Below, piece by piece: positions 13,301-24,098 of a DNA stretch of 64,000 bases (positions are counted from its first letter, which is position 1; each line of letters opens with the position of its first letter). Position numbers and translations under genes: made by a program. Source of the stretch: Convolutriloba macropyga (taxonomy: Eukaryota); assembly GCF_964194025.1 (NCBI RefSeq), contig NC_134474.1, positions 21,576,001-21,640,000 of the forward strand, given 5' to 3'. The notes under the pieces are model-generated. The model did not search any database. It worked only from the letters and a program-made list of their open reading frames with translations, and was not told the DNA's origin.

Positions 13301-13610
13301 CAAAACGTTTCGTGAAGCGTTTGATTGCATCAATGTTCTGTGTCAACTTGTCATCAACTTCCTCGGACTCCAGAATGTCATTGTCCAGTGCTTCCGCCTC
13401 CGTCAAGTTCTGTTGAAGTTCTTGGTTCAAAGTTACCAGAAAATTCTGCTTTCGGGTGAGAAGTGTCGCTACCTGATTTAGCCTGTTGATGTCTGCTTCT
13501 GAAATGGTGTCTACATCTTTTGACATGATTATTTCAGCCTCATTGTTAAACCTTGTAGCAACGCTGCGGTGTGATCCCCGCGACTGTTTCTGCATTTCAA
13601 GATTGGACAT
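7341..13610 (-). pseudogene. gag-pol: BEL/Pao gag-pol polyprotein, single frame of 2090 codons interrupted by one TAG (11145-11147)
   Basis: ORFs 11145-13610 and 7341-11114 are in the same frame, joined as MYRQVE*DKEDKDYHRLLW. Motifs seen: three Gag Cys/His knuckles (CECCEEKH..C, CFNCLRPGH..C, CKQCGRKHHTLLH), protease ALLDSAS, RT ADIAKMY and YVDD, RNase H FCDAS, integrase H-H-C-C plus DYCGP, SDNS and GGLWE. Confidence 0.95.
8790..9470 (-). repeat. In-frame GC-rich minisatellite inside pol (8 units, 78-93 bp) encoding GxGRAGGPG Gly/Ser-rich repeats
   Basis: A GCCCCCGGCC-type core appears near 8811, 8890, 8979, 9060, 9147, 9240, 9329 and 9420. The reading frame is preserved throughout. Confidence 0.92.
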
Positions 13611-14152
13611 TTTGACTTGCTGTTGCCTTTGAGGGCGTTTTTTTTGTGTCTTTGATGCTGGTCTTTATTCGTATTAGTTTCGTTTGACTTTTTCGTGGAC
13701 TTTGCTGTGCTGAAAGCTAAAAACACACTAAAAGAACGCAAAAGATGGGAAATCGGGTTTCACTTAATCCCCCCTTCAAAAGATGCGGCCAATTTTTGCG
13801 CGCGAACTTAGTGCTATTACTTCGGGGGAGCAAACCTAAACTAAAAATTTCGAGTTCGCCGCGAGAACTGAGAAAGAGATTGTTTTCCCCGAAGTTTCAC
13901 AAAAAAGTTTTTGTAACCCTTGAGATATAGTTCTCCCACTAGATAACTTTACCGGGTCTCAGAATTAGGTTAATCAACCTTGTTATACAAGTTAATCAAC
14001 TTGTATAACATGAGGGGGGATGTGTTATCTAGTGGGGGGTCCGCTTTTAACTTCCCCTTTAAGTTTCCCCTTTTAGATTTTTTGCTAAATTTTTTGAGAG
14101 AGTTAATGCTTTTGGTGCCTAATGCTTTGACTATTTTATCCTTAACCTATTT

Positions 14153-14164
14153 GTCGGCGGACCA
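14153..14164 (-). other. Primer-binding site, probably tRNA-Tyr
   Basis: The minus strand reads TGGTCCGCCGAC 2 nt inside the 5' LTR. It is complementary to a tRNA 3' end ...TCGGCGGA-CCA, i.e. the C1:G72/A73 pattern of eukaryotic tRNA-Tyr. Confidence 0.8.
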
Positions 14165-14166
14165 AA

Positions 14167-14386
14167 TGTTGCGGTGCAACATTAATTGAATCACTTGCTT
14201 AGAAATGCTTTATTATAACGCTTTATGCTTAAGAATCTCAAGCTCGAAAAGACCAAGTGATTGTGATAATATCGTTTGAAATTATGAATATTTGGTTTCA
14301 GCACGTGGTTAATTATCATTGTTTTCCTCATCTTGCTCGGATTGCATTGAAGGTCATTGTATCAAAGGCTATTGTAAATCGTAACA
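14167..14386 (-). repeat. 5' LTR (220 bp)
   Basis: Identical to 6910-7129 and followed by the TSD CTATT. Confidence 0.97.
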
Positions 14387-15253
14387 CTATTTATCATTGA
14401 AAAACATAGTTAGAAAGCTCATCATTAACTGTTGAGTAAGATTTTCCTTCCCAGGATGGATATAACTTGTTTCATTATGTCAAAATTGTAAAAAGCGTTT
14501 TCTCCCATTATGTACTTGACCTGAAAAGAATTCAATCAAAAGCAGCTGAGTTCAGGTTAAGTAAAACCTGTCATTTTTCGTTTGGGGCTGCTCTATGCAA
14601 TATAGATATAGCTTACGCAATAGTAAGTTCATGCATGCATGCAGTTAGCAAACATTTTATGACGCAGTCAACGAACCCAAAGAATTAGTGCCAAGTTCAG
14701 TGGCCTGTGAACAAATTTACAAAATATTTACTGTTCGTAATAATTTGAAGTTTTCAGGACTTCCAGAAAAATAGCATATATGGTTGCAACCAATATTGTA
14801 AGTGTGTTTCTATACTGATGTTCCTACCCTCCAAATTTATTTGTGTTTAGGCGTTTTATACCAGCTCGACTTTTTTATTGAGCCGATTGGTGTTTTACGG
14901 AGAGGTAACAAAAGCTGTGTCATTGAAAAGCTCTCGAAAAACTGTATCAATCGTCGAAGAGACAGTCTGATTTTTCGTCTCTTGCTGAAAAATTGGTTGC
15001 CTAAAAATTTCTCAGTTTCGGCTTTTTCAAACATCAAATACAAATTCTATCTCTCGAATGAAGCAATTATTGTAAACGTGTTGGTCTTTTTTTACGCAAA
15101 CTTTTTGCTCGACCGTTTTTGCGCTTTTGTTCTAGAACATTTTTTGACTTCTGAAGTTACTTTTTCACGCTTCACTTCATTTTTTGAGTGATCTCAATCG
15201 CTCTCATTGTTTGTTGCTAATATAAAAGCGATTGTGAGTGGTTGAAGATCAAA

Positions 15254-15325
15254 GCCTTTGTAGCTTAGTGGATAAAATATCAGACTGCTTTCACGTAGAT
15301 CGAGGGTTCGAAACCCTGTGGAGTC
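15254..15325 (+). pseudogene. tRNA-derived sequence (tRNA pseudogene or SINE head)
   Basis: A-box-like TAGCTTAGTGG at 15261 and B-box/T-arm AGGGTTCGAAACCCT at 15303 have tRNA spacing. The acceptor stem and anticodon arm are degenerate. Confidence 0.65.
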
Positions 15326-15693
15326 TTAGATTTTGCACCCATGAAAAATTTTTTGCACCCTAAATAAGTTGACCCCCGCCTGTCGTTCGAGAGCAATTCG
15401 TTTGACGTTTGCCGGTTTATGTTGCATATATAAATTTTGTCTCGTTATAATGATCATCAGATCTATATGAAATTGATACCATAGAAGTCTCAGATAAACA
15501 ATATCCTCGTCGTTTTTCGTTTCAAATTCATTTTCATCAATGGCGTCTAAATGTTTGTTCCATTACGCTGCTATTGGTTGCTCCGATTTTGAAACTGAGG
15601 ACAAGAAAAGAGTATCTTTTGAGACTTCTGCGATTACTTATTTTATTTAACAGAAGAACTCATCGCAAAATTTCATAAGCGTTCTATTTTTAA

Positions 15694-16265
15694 GCATAGT
15701 TTGCGAAGCCATAGCGGCTATTATTGGGGTCATCGTGGTTTTTTTTACAATTTAAAGAATTTGGTTTGTATTGGGGCGCTGTCTTTTTTTAAGAATTGTT
15801 CACACATTTTTTTGATTTTTGAAGTCAAATTGAGGTAGTGATTTTGGTCGCGCCGAAAGAGAAAATGGAGCGAAAAAGCGAGTGGTTTTGCGGCGTGAAA
15901 TTTTTTCGCTCTAATTTTAAAGTAGAGTGAGAAAACGGTGTTTGAACAAAAATTCGCTTTCTTGATATGCGGAAATTTTACTTCAATTGTTTTTCGATTT
16001 TTTGGATAGGATTTTTTCAAAATGGTTTTGCAATCCATTCATAGTTCATTCTAGGTCTAGTTTTTGTCTGAACCAAATTTCTTTTTCTTGCTAGTGGTTT
16101 TTGTTCACATGCGGCACTTTCACATTGATTTTCTTTTTTGTACTTTTTTGGGCTGATTTTTTTTAGAAATGGTTTTCCCAATTTAATCATAGTCCGTTCT
16201 AGGTCTAGTTTATTGTTTGGCCACTAATTTTTTTTGTTTGTACTTCAGGACTTGTCCTGCTATGT
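15694..16265 (+). mobile_element. Non-autonomous HINE/Helentron-like element
   Basis: 5' ATAG...GCGGCTATT end; 3' hairpin CAGGAC-TT-GTCCTG followed by CTATGTTTT. The body is similar to ~38240-38745 and ~17680-17980. Confidence 0.55.
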
Positions 16266-17225
16266 TTTTTAATTCGTCGCCTCCAAGATTTGTTATGGAA
16301 AGTTGGTCTAACTTGAACATAAGTTGGGTTTTGTTCTACGTTGTCACGAGTTGAACCGCCAGAAGCGGGGAAGGTGCTGCTGAGTTGAAGCTCAAGTAAT
16401 TAGCAGGAACAGGACACTGTCCCGAATAATTCACTGCTCAACAGTATTTTACAATTCAAGACACATGTACAATGTACTGCTCAAGATTTTTTATGTACAA
16501 GACACAGTAACACGTTATTTGCTGCTCAAGTCAGTTTTTCAGCAATAGTTTTACTGAGTTAGAAGGAAAGCCGTTTTCTGCAGAATTTGTCGTTAATGAG
16601 TGCCTAATGTGCTGCTGTTCAAGTCTCTTTTCATTTCACTTTTTGCCTGACTATAAATTTGACTGATGTAAATTTTTGCTTTAGCAACAGAAAGTGCATA
16701 AATATGAACAAATCTAATGAAAACGAGGTTTAGACCTCCTATGCAAGCTCAGCTTTAACACCCAATCCCCCCTCTTGAAAATTAACGGGTTATATTTCTG
16801 CATTTGTCTGCTTCCTGCAACCGTATTGTATTTTTTTTAGAAAGTGTATATCAGTGTATACACCCCTATACCAGTAAGCTCAAATGTTCGTTTCAAAAAT
16901 ATCAGTGTGTGGCATTTACAATTTTTATAGAGATGACGCACACTTTAATGAAGATTTTTGGACAGTTTTTTTCCCCTCAAAATCCATAATCTGTCTCGCT
17001 TATTTGTCTTATTTTATTTAAAAAATGGAAGGAAATAAACAGCTCTATTATGAAATCTTTACATGTAATCATATTTCTAATGTTTTTTTAAAACCAGAAT
17101 TGAGTTTTGTAACAAGTACGAAGCTTTTTTTCATTATTCATCGCCGCCCTCAACTCAGCCGGTTGTTGTAGTGGGCCCATTTTTATACATTTCAAGGTAT
17201 TAAAATGGTGCTGGGACACTGCTTC

Positions 17226-17665
17226 TAATAGCTGCGAAGCGATAGTGGCTATTGTTGGGGACATTGTGGTTTTTTTATAACTCGTCGTCTCCATCGATGA
17301 TTCTTAAGACCTGCGTTCCTGGAATTGATCTTTTCAATAACTTCAGTGACTTCTACTTCTTTCAGTTAAAGTTTGTGCGTGACGTCATTTCTGCATTTAC
17401 TAGTTAGAGATCAATAGTGTGCATCTAAGTAGTGCCAAACTTATATACCCTAATTCTTGAATATTAGTCTTTGCTCTTTTATGGCTTTTTCCTTATAGAG
17501 CATATGTGTCTCATAAAAATGACAGTCCGAATCTGACCCAAAAAGTCTAGTGGTCTTTTAGTGGACTGGTAGTCAATCTGTCTATCTTATTTCTTCAGTT
17601 GTTTCAATTGATGGAAGGCCACAAGCGTCTATCGCGGCTATTTTCTGGCAATCTGCCGGCTATGT
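17226..17665 (+). mobile_element. Non-autonomous HINE/Helentron-like element
   Basis: 5' inverted repeat TAATAGCTGC...GTGGCTATT; 3' GCGGCTATT subTIR, GGCA-ATC-TGCC hairpin and CTATGTTT. Homologous to ~40430-40875, 47471-48023 and 49141-49688. Confidence 0.65.
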
Positions 17666-19665
17666 TTTAATCTTTAAGACCTGTTAACACATTTTGAATT
17701 CGACGTGAAGTGGTGATTTTGTTGACGCCAAAACAGGAATTGGAGCTAAAATGCAAGCGGTTGTGTGGCGTAATTTTTTTCTCTAATTTTTAAGGGGGAG
17801 AAAACGTTTTTGATTCAAAATTTTGGTCTCTCGCTGGTGGTTTTTTGTGCACCTGCGGTACTTTGACTTGGATGTTTACTGTTGTTTTTGAATTTTGTGA
17901 TAGTTTTATATGGTTTTTCACAATCCTTTCATAGTCCATTCTATGTCTAGCTTTTTGTTTAGTCAATGAAAATCTTTTGAACAATATGTTTCAATAATGT
18001 TTTATTTGTTTGGCTTTATTTTTAGTTCATAGCTTTTTCACCATTTTGCGTCTCTTTTACATCTCTTGTACGTCTCTTTTACATCTCTTTTCGACTTCTC
18101 TACGCTAGTTTTACTCTTCTATCACTCTGCTCAAAATGTTTTTAAAAAGCTGATGCTCGGCAGAGCAATCTTAACTGCATAGAGTCAATACCTATAGCAA
18201 AATAGAGACTGGATAAAACCATAAAGCACAATTTTAAATGCCCGCTTCTTGAACAATGTTTTTTTAAGTCTTAGTTACCCTCTCTAATGCTTTTTAGGTT
18301 TTGATACTGCCCCTGTATCCCATCATTATGAAGCAGGAGTATGTCTAACTACAAAATGAAAAAAGTTCGCACTTAAAAAAAATTATTTTTTTTTGCACAA
18401 CAATCAATATTTCCATCTTCTCTTTTCTTTCAATCACAATCGGGGTTATGGGAATCATTGGTGGTGGTTTTCCGACTCTTTAGGTATGTTTAAATCTTTT
18501 CAAATCCACTGGTAAGATGTTGACAGTATCGTAAAATTGTTAGTAAACAATGGGTACGTTTTTCACAGTTCTTTTTTTAAGAACTGGACTGTACCAGCAG
18601 TTTTTCAAGACAGTTTGCTAGTCAAAACCAGCTGATGTCGCAGAGTCTTGAATATTTTCAATACTTAACTGAGTTAAATATGTCGAGGATAAATGTTTAA
18701 GCGTACTCATTCATTATTTCGTGAGGTGGAACATTGTGCGATATGTAATTGCCGATTATTCTTCCTAACTTTGAATCCTGCGTTCCGGGATGAAATAAGT
18801 TTGAGTAGTAGTTGGGTTTTACATAGAAAGCAAAAATTGAACTCCATCGAGGGTTTTTGTGCCGAGACTTCAGTTGTTTGAGTAAAAGTTGCTTGGAGCA
18901 AAAGCGTCTGGTTGTCCTGAGAGGGGTATTGACATTCATTACTAATCTTGACACTAATTTTTATTGGTTGAAGATAGTTGAAGCCTTGATCGTTGAACTT
19001 TATTCATGTTTTCTAGCGTGTCAAAAAGTACACTAACTTGCGCTAGTTCTTGACAGTCTATTTTAAGAAGCCCTAAAATGGGAAATTGTGTAAGTAGCAA
19101 AGCCGATGAGGCTGTTATCTTTGATGACAATATATGCCTGAATCATGATTCAAGGTGCGTTGAATTCATGCGTTGATAGTGATAAACCCTTGCGACAGTT
19201 GGAGCGCAAACTTTTCTAGCTATGCGATTTGGGGACCTGTAAGAGACCTAATATAGCCATCACGTACATATCCAGTTGATCAGACCTGAATTTAATGTTT
19301 GCTCATGGTACATAAGTGACATTTCACTGATAGGATTCTTAGCTTGGCAAACTGAGATTAAGTTATGCATTAAGTCAAAGTTCTCCGTCAGATTTGGACA
19401 TTTATAGTTGTGAAGTTGTGCCTCATTTTGAGAGTATTATAACTGGTGCATATTTGAATTTTATCATCTGAAGAAACTACTTTAATTTCTGAAATTAACT
19501 CATTTTTATTCCTCCTTTTATAACCCAATTTTTAAGCTTTACCAAATTAATTTGCAGCAATTTTGAGCGATTGGATATCATTGATTACTATTGTTGCGAT
19601 TGTTTATTTTGGTCAGTGCAGGTGTTCCAAACAATGTTCTTCTCACTTTCAGTTGTTTGTGAAAC

Positions 19666-21312
19666 ATGTTGAACTGGATGAAGCGCCAACCGACTCAAGA
19701 CGACTCTGTTTACAGTATCCCCCACAATTTGGCCCGTCTTTACAAGACTAAATTGTTCCCTCTTGAAGAGTACACAAGGTTCCAGGAATTCCACTCCCCG
19801 CTTCTTGACGATGCTCACTTCACTTCCAGACCTATGGTACTTCTTATTGGCCAGTACTCGACTGGTAAAACGACGTTCCTCCGGTACCTGGTAGAAAGAG
19901 ATTTCCCAGGAATGAGAATTGGACCGGAACCGACAACTGATGGCTTTATGGTTTTGGAACATAACGAAATTGATGCTCTTATACCAGGAAATGCCCTGGT
20001 TGTGGATCCTTCAAAACCTTACGGAGGCCTGTCCAAATTTGGAGTAAATTTCTTGAATAGATTCCAAGGAGCAAGTGTTAATTCCGAAGTGCTGAAGCAT
20101 GTGACATTGGTTGATACACCTGGAATTTTGTCCGGATCCAAGCAACTGACGAGAGGATATGACTTCATTGGGGTCTTGGAGTGGTTTGCCGAACGTGTTG
20201 ACAGAATCATAATCCTATTTGATGCTCACAAACTTGACATATCAGACGAACTAAGAATGTCGATTCAAGCGCTGCGGGGCAATCATGAAAAAATTAGAAT
20301 TGTGCTAAACAAAGCTGATCAAGTTAATACCCAGCAGTTGATGCGTGTATACGGTGCGTTGCTGTGGTCACTTGCAAAAGTATTTGATACTCCCGAGGTT
20401 GTCAGGGTCTACACTGGCTCGTTTTGGAGCAACAGTTTGAAAAATGAAGAAAACAGGAAACTTTTTGAGCTTGAAAAAGCTGATCTCTTTTCCGATTTGC
20501 AGACGCTGCCCAGATCTTATGCAGTGAGATTACTGAACGATTTGGTCAAACGAGCACGTTTGGCTCTCGTTCATGCGTATATTTTACAAGCAGTTCGTGG
20601 CGAAACAGGAATGTTTACTGGTTCGAGTACTAAAAAGAAAATTGTTGACAGGCTAGCAGAAATCTACAATCAAATCCATAAACAGCATAATATCTCTCTA
20701 GGAGACTTTCCAGATTTGGAACAAATGAAACACGCCTTGGCTACCCGTGACATTGGTAAGTTGCCAAAGTTCAAAAAAGACCTGGTTGAAACCGTAATGT
20801 ATTTGCTAACTAGAGATATTCCTCCGTTAATGGCAAGGATTAATCAAGAGGAACTCAAATCTGACGATAATGTGCTACGAGGAGGAGTGTTTGATGCTGG
20901 TGCGTCCCCATTCAATGAAGGTTTCGATGAAGGTGTCGACAAAGGTCAAGGTGAAGAAAAATGGATCGTTGACGAGGAACGAGAACGTTGGGAAAAGGAA
21001 TTCGAGGCTTTGATTCCAAATGAAAACGGGAAAATTGAGGGTCGAAAAGCAAAACCACACTTTGTACGCACAAAGTTACCGAACTCAACTTTGGGTAAAA
21101 TCTGGCAGCTTTCGGACATTGACAGAGACGGATGTCTGGATTACGAGGAATTTGCATTGATGATGCACCTAATATACAATGTAGCTCTGGAAGATTATCC
21201 GTTGCCTGATAAACTTCCAGATCACTTAATTCCGCCAACAAAAAGAAAGCCAGTCTTGTCTAAAGCATCCAGTGTTGATGAAGATGGAGAACTGTATCCT
21301 AAGCTAAATTAA
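19666..21312 (+). CDS. EHD1: EH domain-containing protein (EHD1/RME-1/Past1 family), 548 aa, intronless CDS
   Basis: P-loop GQYSTGKT, IGPEPTTD, DTPG, NKAD, LMRVYGALLWSL, and a C-terminal EH domain (IWQLSDIDRDGCLDYEEFAL...HLIPP). AATAAA occurs near 21470. The symbol denotes the family; the paralogue is not resolved. Confidence 0.97.
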   Translation: MLNWMKRQPTQDDSVYSIPHNLARLYKTKLFPLEEYTRFQEFHSPLLDDAHFTSRPMVLLIGQYSTGKTTFLRYLVERDFPGMRIGPEPTTDGFMVLEHNEIDALIPGNALVVDPSKPYGGLSKFGVNFLNRFQGASVNSEVLKHVTLVDTPGILSGSKQLTRGYDFIGVLEWFAERVDRIIILFDAHKLDISDELRMSIQALRGNHEKIRIVLNKADQVNTQQLMRVYGALLWSLAKVFDTPEVVRVYTGSFWSNSLKNEENRKLFELEKADLFSDLQTLPRSYAVRLLNDLVKRARLALVHAYILQAVRGETGMFTGSSTKKKIVDRLAEIYNQIHKQHNISLGDFPDLEQMKHALATRDIGKLPKFKKDLVETVMYLLTRDIPPLMARINQEELKSDDNVLRGGVFDAGASPFNEGFDEGVDKGQGEEKWIVDEERERWEKEFEALIPNENGKIEGRKAKPHFVRTKLPNSTLGKIWQLSDIDRDGCLDYEEFALMMHLIYNVALEDYPLPDKLPDHLIPPTKRKPVLSKASSVDEDGELYPKLN

Positions 21313-21999
21313 CTAATCAATTGCATACCCTGAAGCAAATATAATAAATTTTACTGTAAGAATCAACACAAAATTCGTGCTTTAAGTAGTTTTTAGTACT
21401 CTATGCCCGTAAGCAACGTTCAGATAAAATATGCATCCATTTTTCACTATGTGAAAACAGCTTTGATGAAATAAATTATTGGTAAGCAGTGCCTAATGCT
21501 TAAGAATATCTTAAAATAATTTCTTTTCACGTCATCAAAAGGTTGAATTCAGATTTTGTTCATCCTATTTATGTTGTTTTTGCGCCTAGATATCTGTAAG
21601 CTTTACTCCAAGACTAAATTAGCTTTACTCCAAGACTAACTGTCAACTTTTTTAGTAACCATGTAATCGATTACTCCCTTTTCATCAGTTGCTGATGACT
21701 AAAATAGTGCTCACACGTAACTCGGCGTTGAAAATCTCCCACATTATATGAAAATCCCTTTGCCGTTATGTTGATAGCAATTTTTTGAACTCTTTTTTTT
21801 ATAGTAAAGGGTTTATTAATTGCTCTGAAATCAAGTTTGAGGCAATTATTGCAATCGTCTGTTTTTTGTTAAAACTTTTTTTTTATTTGACCGTTTCTGT
21901 TCTGGGATGTTCTTTCGCTTTCTTGAGTGATTTAAGTTTTCGCTAAACGAAACGGGATAAACTCTTAAAGCCCGAGGCTGTTGAGCAGCTCTCTTGGAG

Positions 22000-22950
22000 T
22001 TTTACTAAGCTCTAATTTTACCCTTCAGCAAAGCTGCTGATTTAAGCTTGAGGATGCAGAAAAATGGGGGTGTAAAGGGTGATTTTGGAATGTTTGGATG
22101 AACCCCTTTGCCTCACCGCTTTTACCATTGCCCATTTCCGCTAGCCTCAAAAGTTTAAGCACACTAAAGCTAATGTCAACCCCTTGCTTGTCGCTCGAGA
22201 AAAAGTCGTCAGACGATAGTTTCTTAGTTAGTGCAGGCGAAATATCAAAAATTCTCACCAATGTTGGCTTCTTATAGGCTGGCTCATGCTTGCGCTAGTC
22301 TCGGAATCGGATCATTTGTTTCGTGCTTGCAGGAGATTTATTGTCAAATGGGTTTTCAGTTATTTTGTATTGTACTTCATTTTCCTGCGATGTTATGGAT
22401 TAGCTGCCGTACATAGCTGTGCATCATGAGTAAAGGCAGTGGGTCTTCGATTCTTCAAATACCATTTTCAGCTTAACCCTAATTGCAGTTTCAATATTAA
22501 TTAGGATAGGTTTAGTTAACGTGACTGCCTGTCCAGAAGCTGCATGTGCTGTAACGACCTTTCTGCGTCTAAGCTGGGGTAGGTTACAAACCGGCATGGG
22601 GATTTCTCAATAGTCTTTCTCAAAGTAGAGGTGGGCATTGGGGTGCTGGTTGACCGATGGAAAAAAGTTCTGTTTTCAAGCATAGCTCTGCTGGTCGCTC
22701 CGATTGGTCTTTCTTTTTAATGATTTGCCGAGGCCGTTTCATCAATTTTCCATACGATGAAAACGATTTTGGCGATTCTTCTGACACCAAACATTGTTTT
22801 AATTCGACATCATTACAGGGTCATTCTGATTGATCTACCCTGGCTTGTAGCCTCTCAACAAAATTGACTTTTTGTAGCTACATTTTATTACTTATAATAG
22901 ACGGAGTTTGAGGATTGACTAGTGTACACAGAGTGTTTTTAATAGGAAAG
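22000..22950 (-). pseudogene. Possible heavily decayed LTR-retroelement gag-protease relic
   Basis: Manual minus-strand translation gives a degenerate zinc knuckle (VWCQKNRQNRFHRMEN*) followed by a retropepsin-flap-like VVTAHAASGQAVTLTKPILINI, with many stops. Confidence 0.3.
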
Positions 22951-24098
22951 TCAAGTACTCAATTAGAAAAAGTTTGAATTTATACAGGAAATGGGAGCAC
23001 GAGAAAAATCCGAGCCAATTGTTTGGTTCAGTTTTATGGGAAAATATGACACTTGGCGACTACAGCAATAGCTCAGAATTGATGAGTCCCTAAAAATTTA
23101 TGCCTTTTTCAAAAATTATAAAGAATTTTAAAATTTTAGAGAAATGCCAGTTCCTTTTTCTCAGTCAGATCTTTTTAACCAAACTGCAGGGTTGCGGAAT
23201 TGTGACTGTAAACGTATACCTGAAGTGTGGCAATTTCTATCCAAATAGCTCACAGTCCATATTAGCTCAATTATCTGAAAGCGATAATTTTTTTGTTTCT
23301 AGAGGGAAATTTTGGTGTTTGTAGGGTAAAAGATAAAGGGATTCTGTGTCTCTAGGTTAAGAATACTCAAGCGAAAACTTGGGTTCATTGTATTGGTATG
23401 AGATAAACAGAAAATTGTTTTTTTTTAGTGTCGGCTGATACTTTCCTCAATTATTATACCAAATCGCTGCTCAATGCTATCACAGCGTGCCAGTGTAGTT
23501 CATTAGTAGTTCATTTTAAATTTTATTCAGTCTTTTAGAAACATAAATTTCTCAAAAGTAATTCTCTAAACAAGTAATTTTCTAAATAGAAAAAAGCATT
23601 GTTTTTAGTGTGGCTACGCATTAAGGCGCAAAGCGTACATTTTACTCGGCTAAATTTACCGGTGTTTTTTTTACTGTTTTGCTAGTTATGAAGAAATTAC
23701 TAAATAGATGGAGATGAAAGGAAGATTAGTTGATTAATAATTGTATAAAATACCTGTATTTCAAATTGCGGATTGGGAAAGAAGTTAAGCATTTCGGGAA
23801 ATCATTTTTTAGGCTAATTGAAGCAATTTCGTGGAGAAGGGTTGGTTCTATTAGTCGAAATTTGTACTATTTGCAGTGTAACCATAGAAACGGTTATGCC
23901 CGCAGTTGAAAAAGGTTTTATCATTTCCGAGGAAAATGCAAAATCTACTATTTGAAATTTAGCTAAAAAGATCTCATAAACGTCTCATTGTTTTTATACC
24001 AACACAATTTTAGTAGCTCGTGTCGGACTCCTTCAGTTATGTTAACAATGAATAGCAGGAGTGTTACTATTGAGTTGCTTCAGGTTTATGTTACCAAG

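Larger units (their letters stand above)
6910..14386 (-). mobile_element. Full-length BEL/Pao LTR retrotransposon (7477 bp)
   Basis: Two 220-bp TGT...ACA direct repeats, a 5-bp TSD CTATT (6905-6909 and 14387-14391), PBS, PPT, and gag-pol with BEL/Pao domain order Gag-PR-RT-RH-IN. Confidence 0.98.

Noticed and set aside
15254-15325. Functional tRNA gene
   Set aside because: The acceptor stem and anticodon arm do not pair properly.
18400-18960. Minus-strand protein-like fragments (ORF 18697-18954)
   Set aside because: Multiple stops and no recognisable family; a call cannot be supported.
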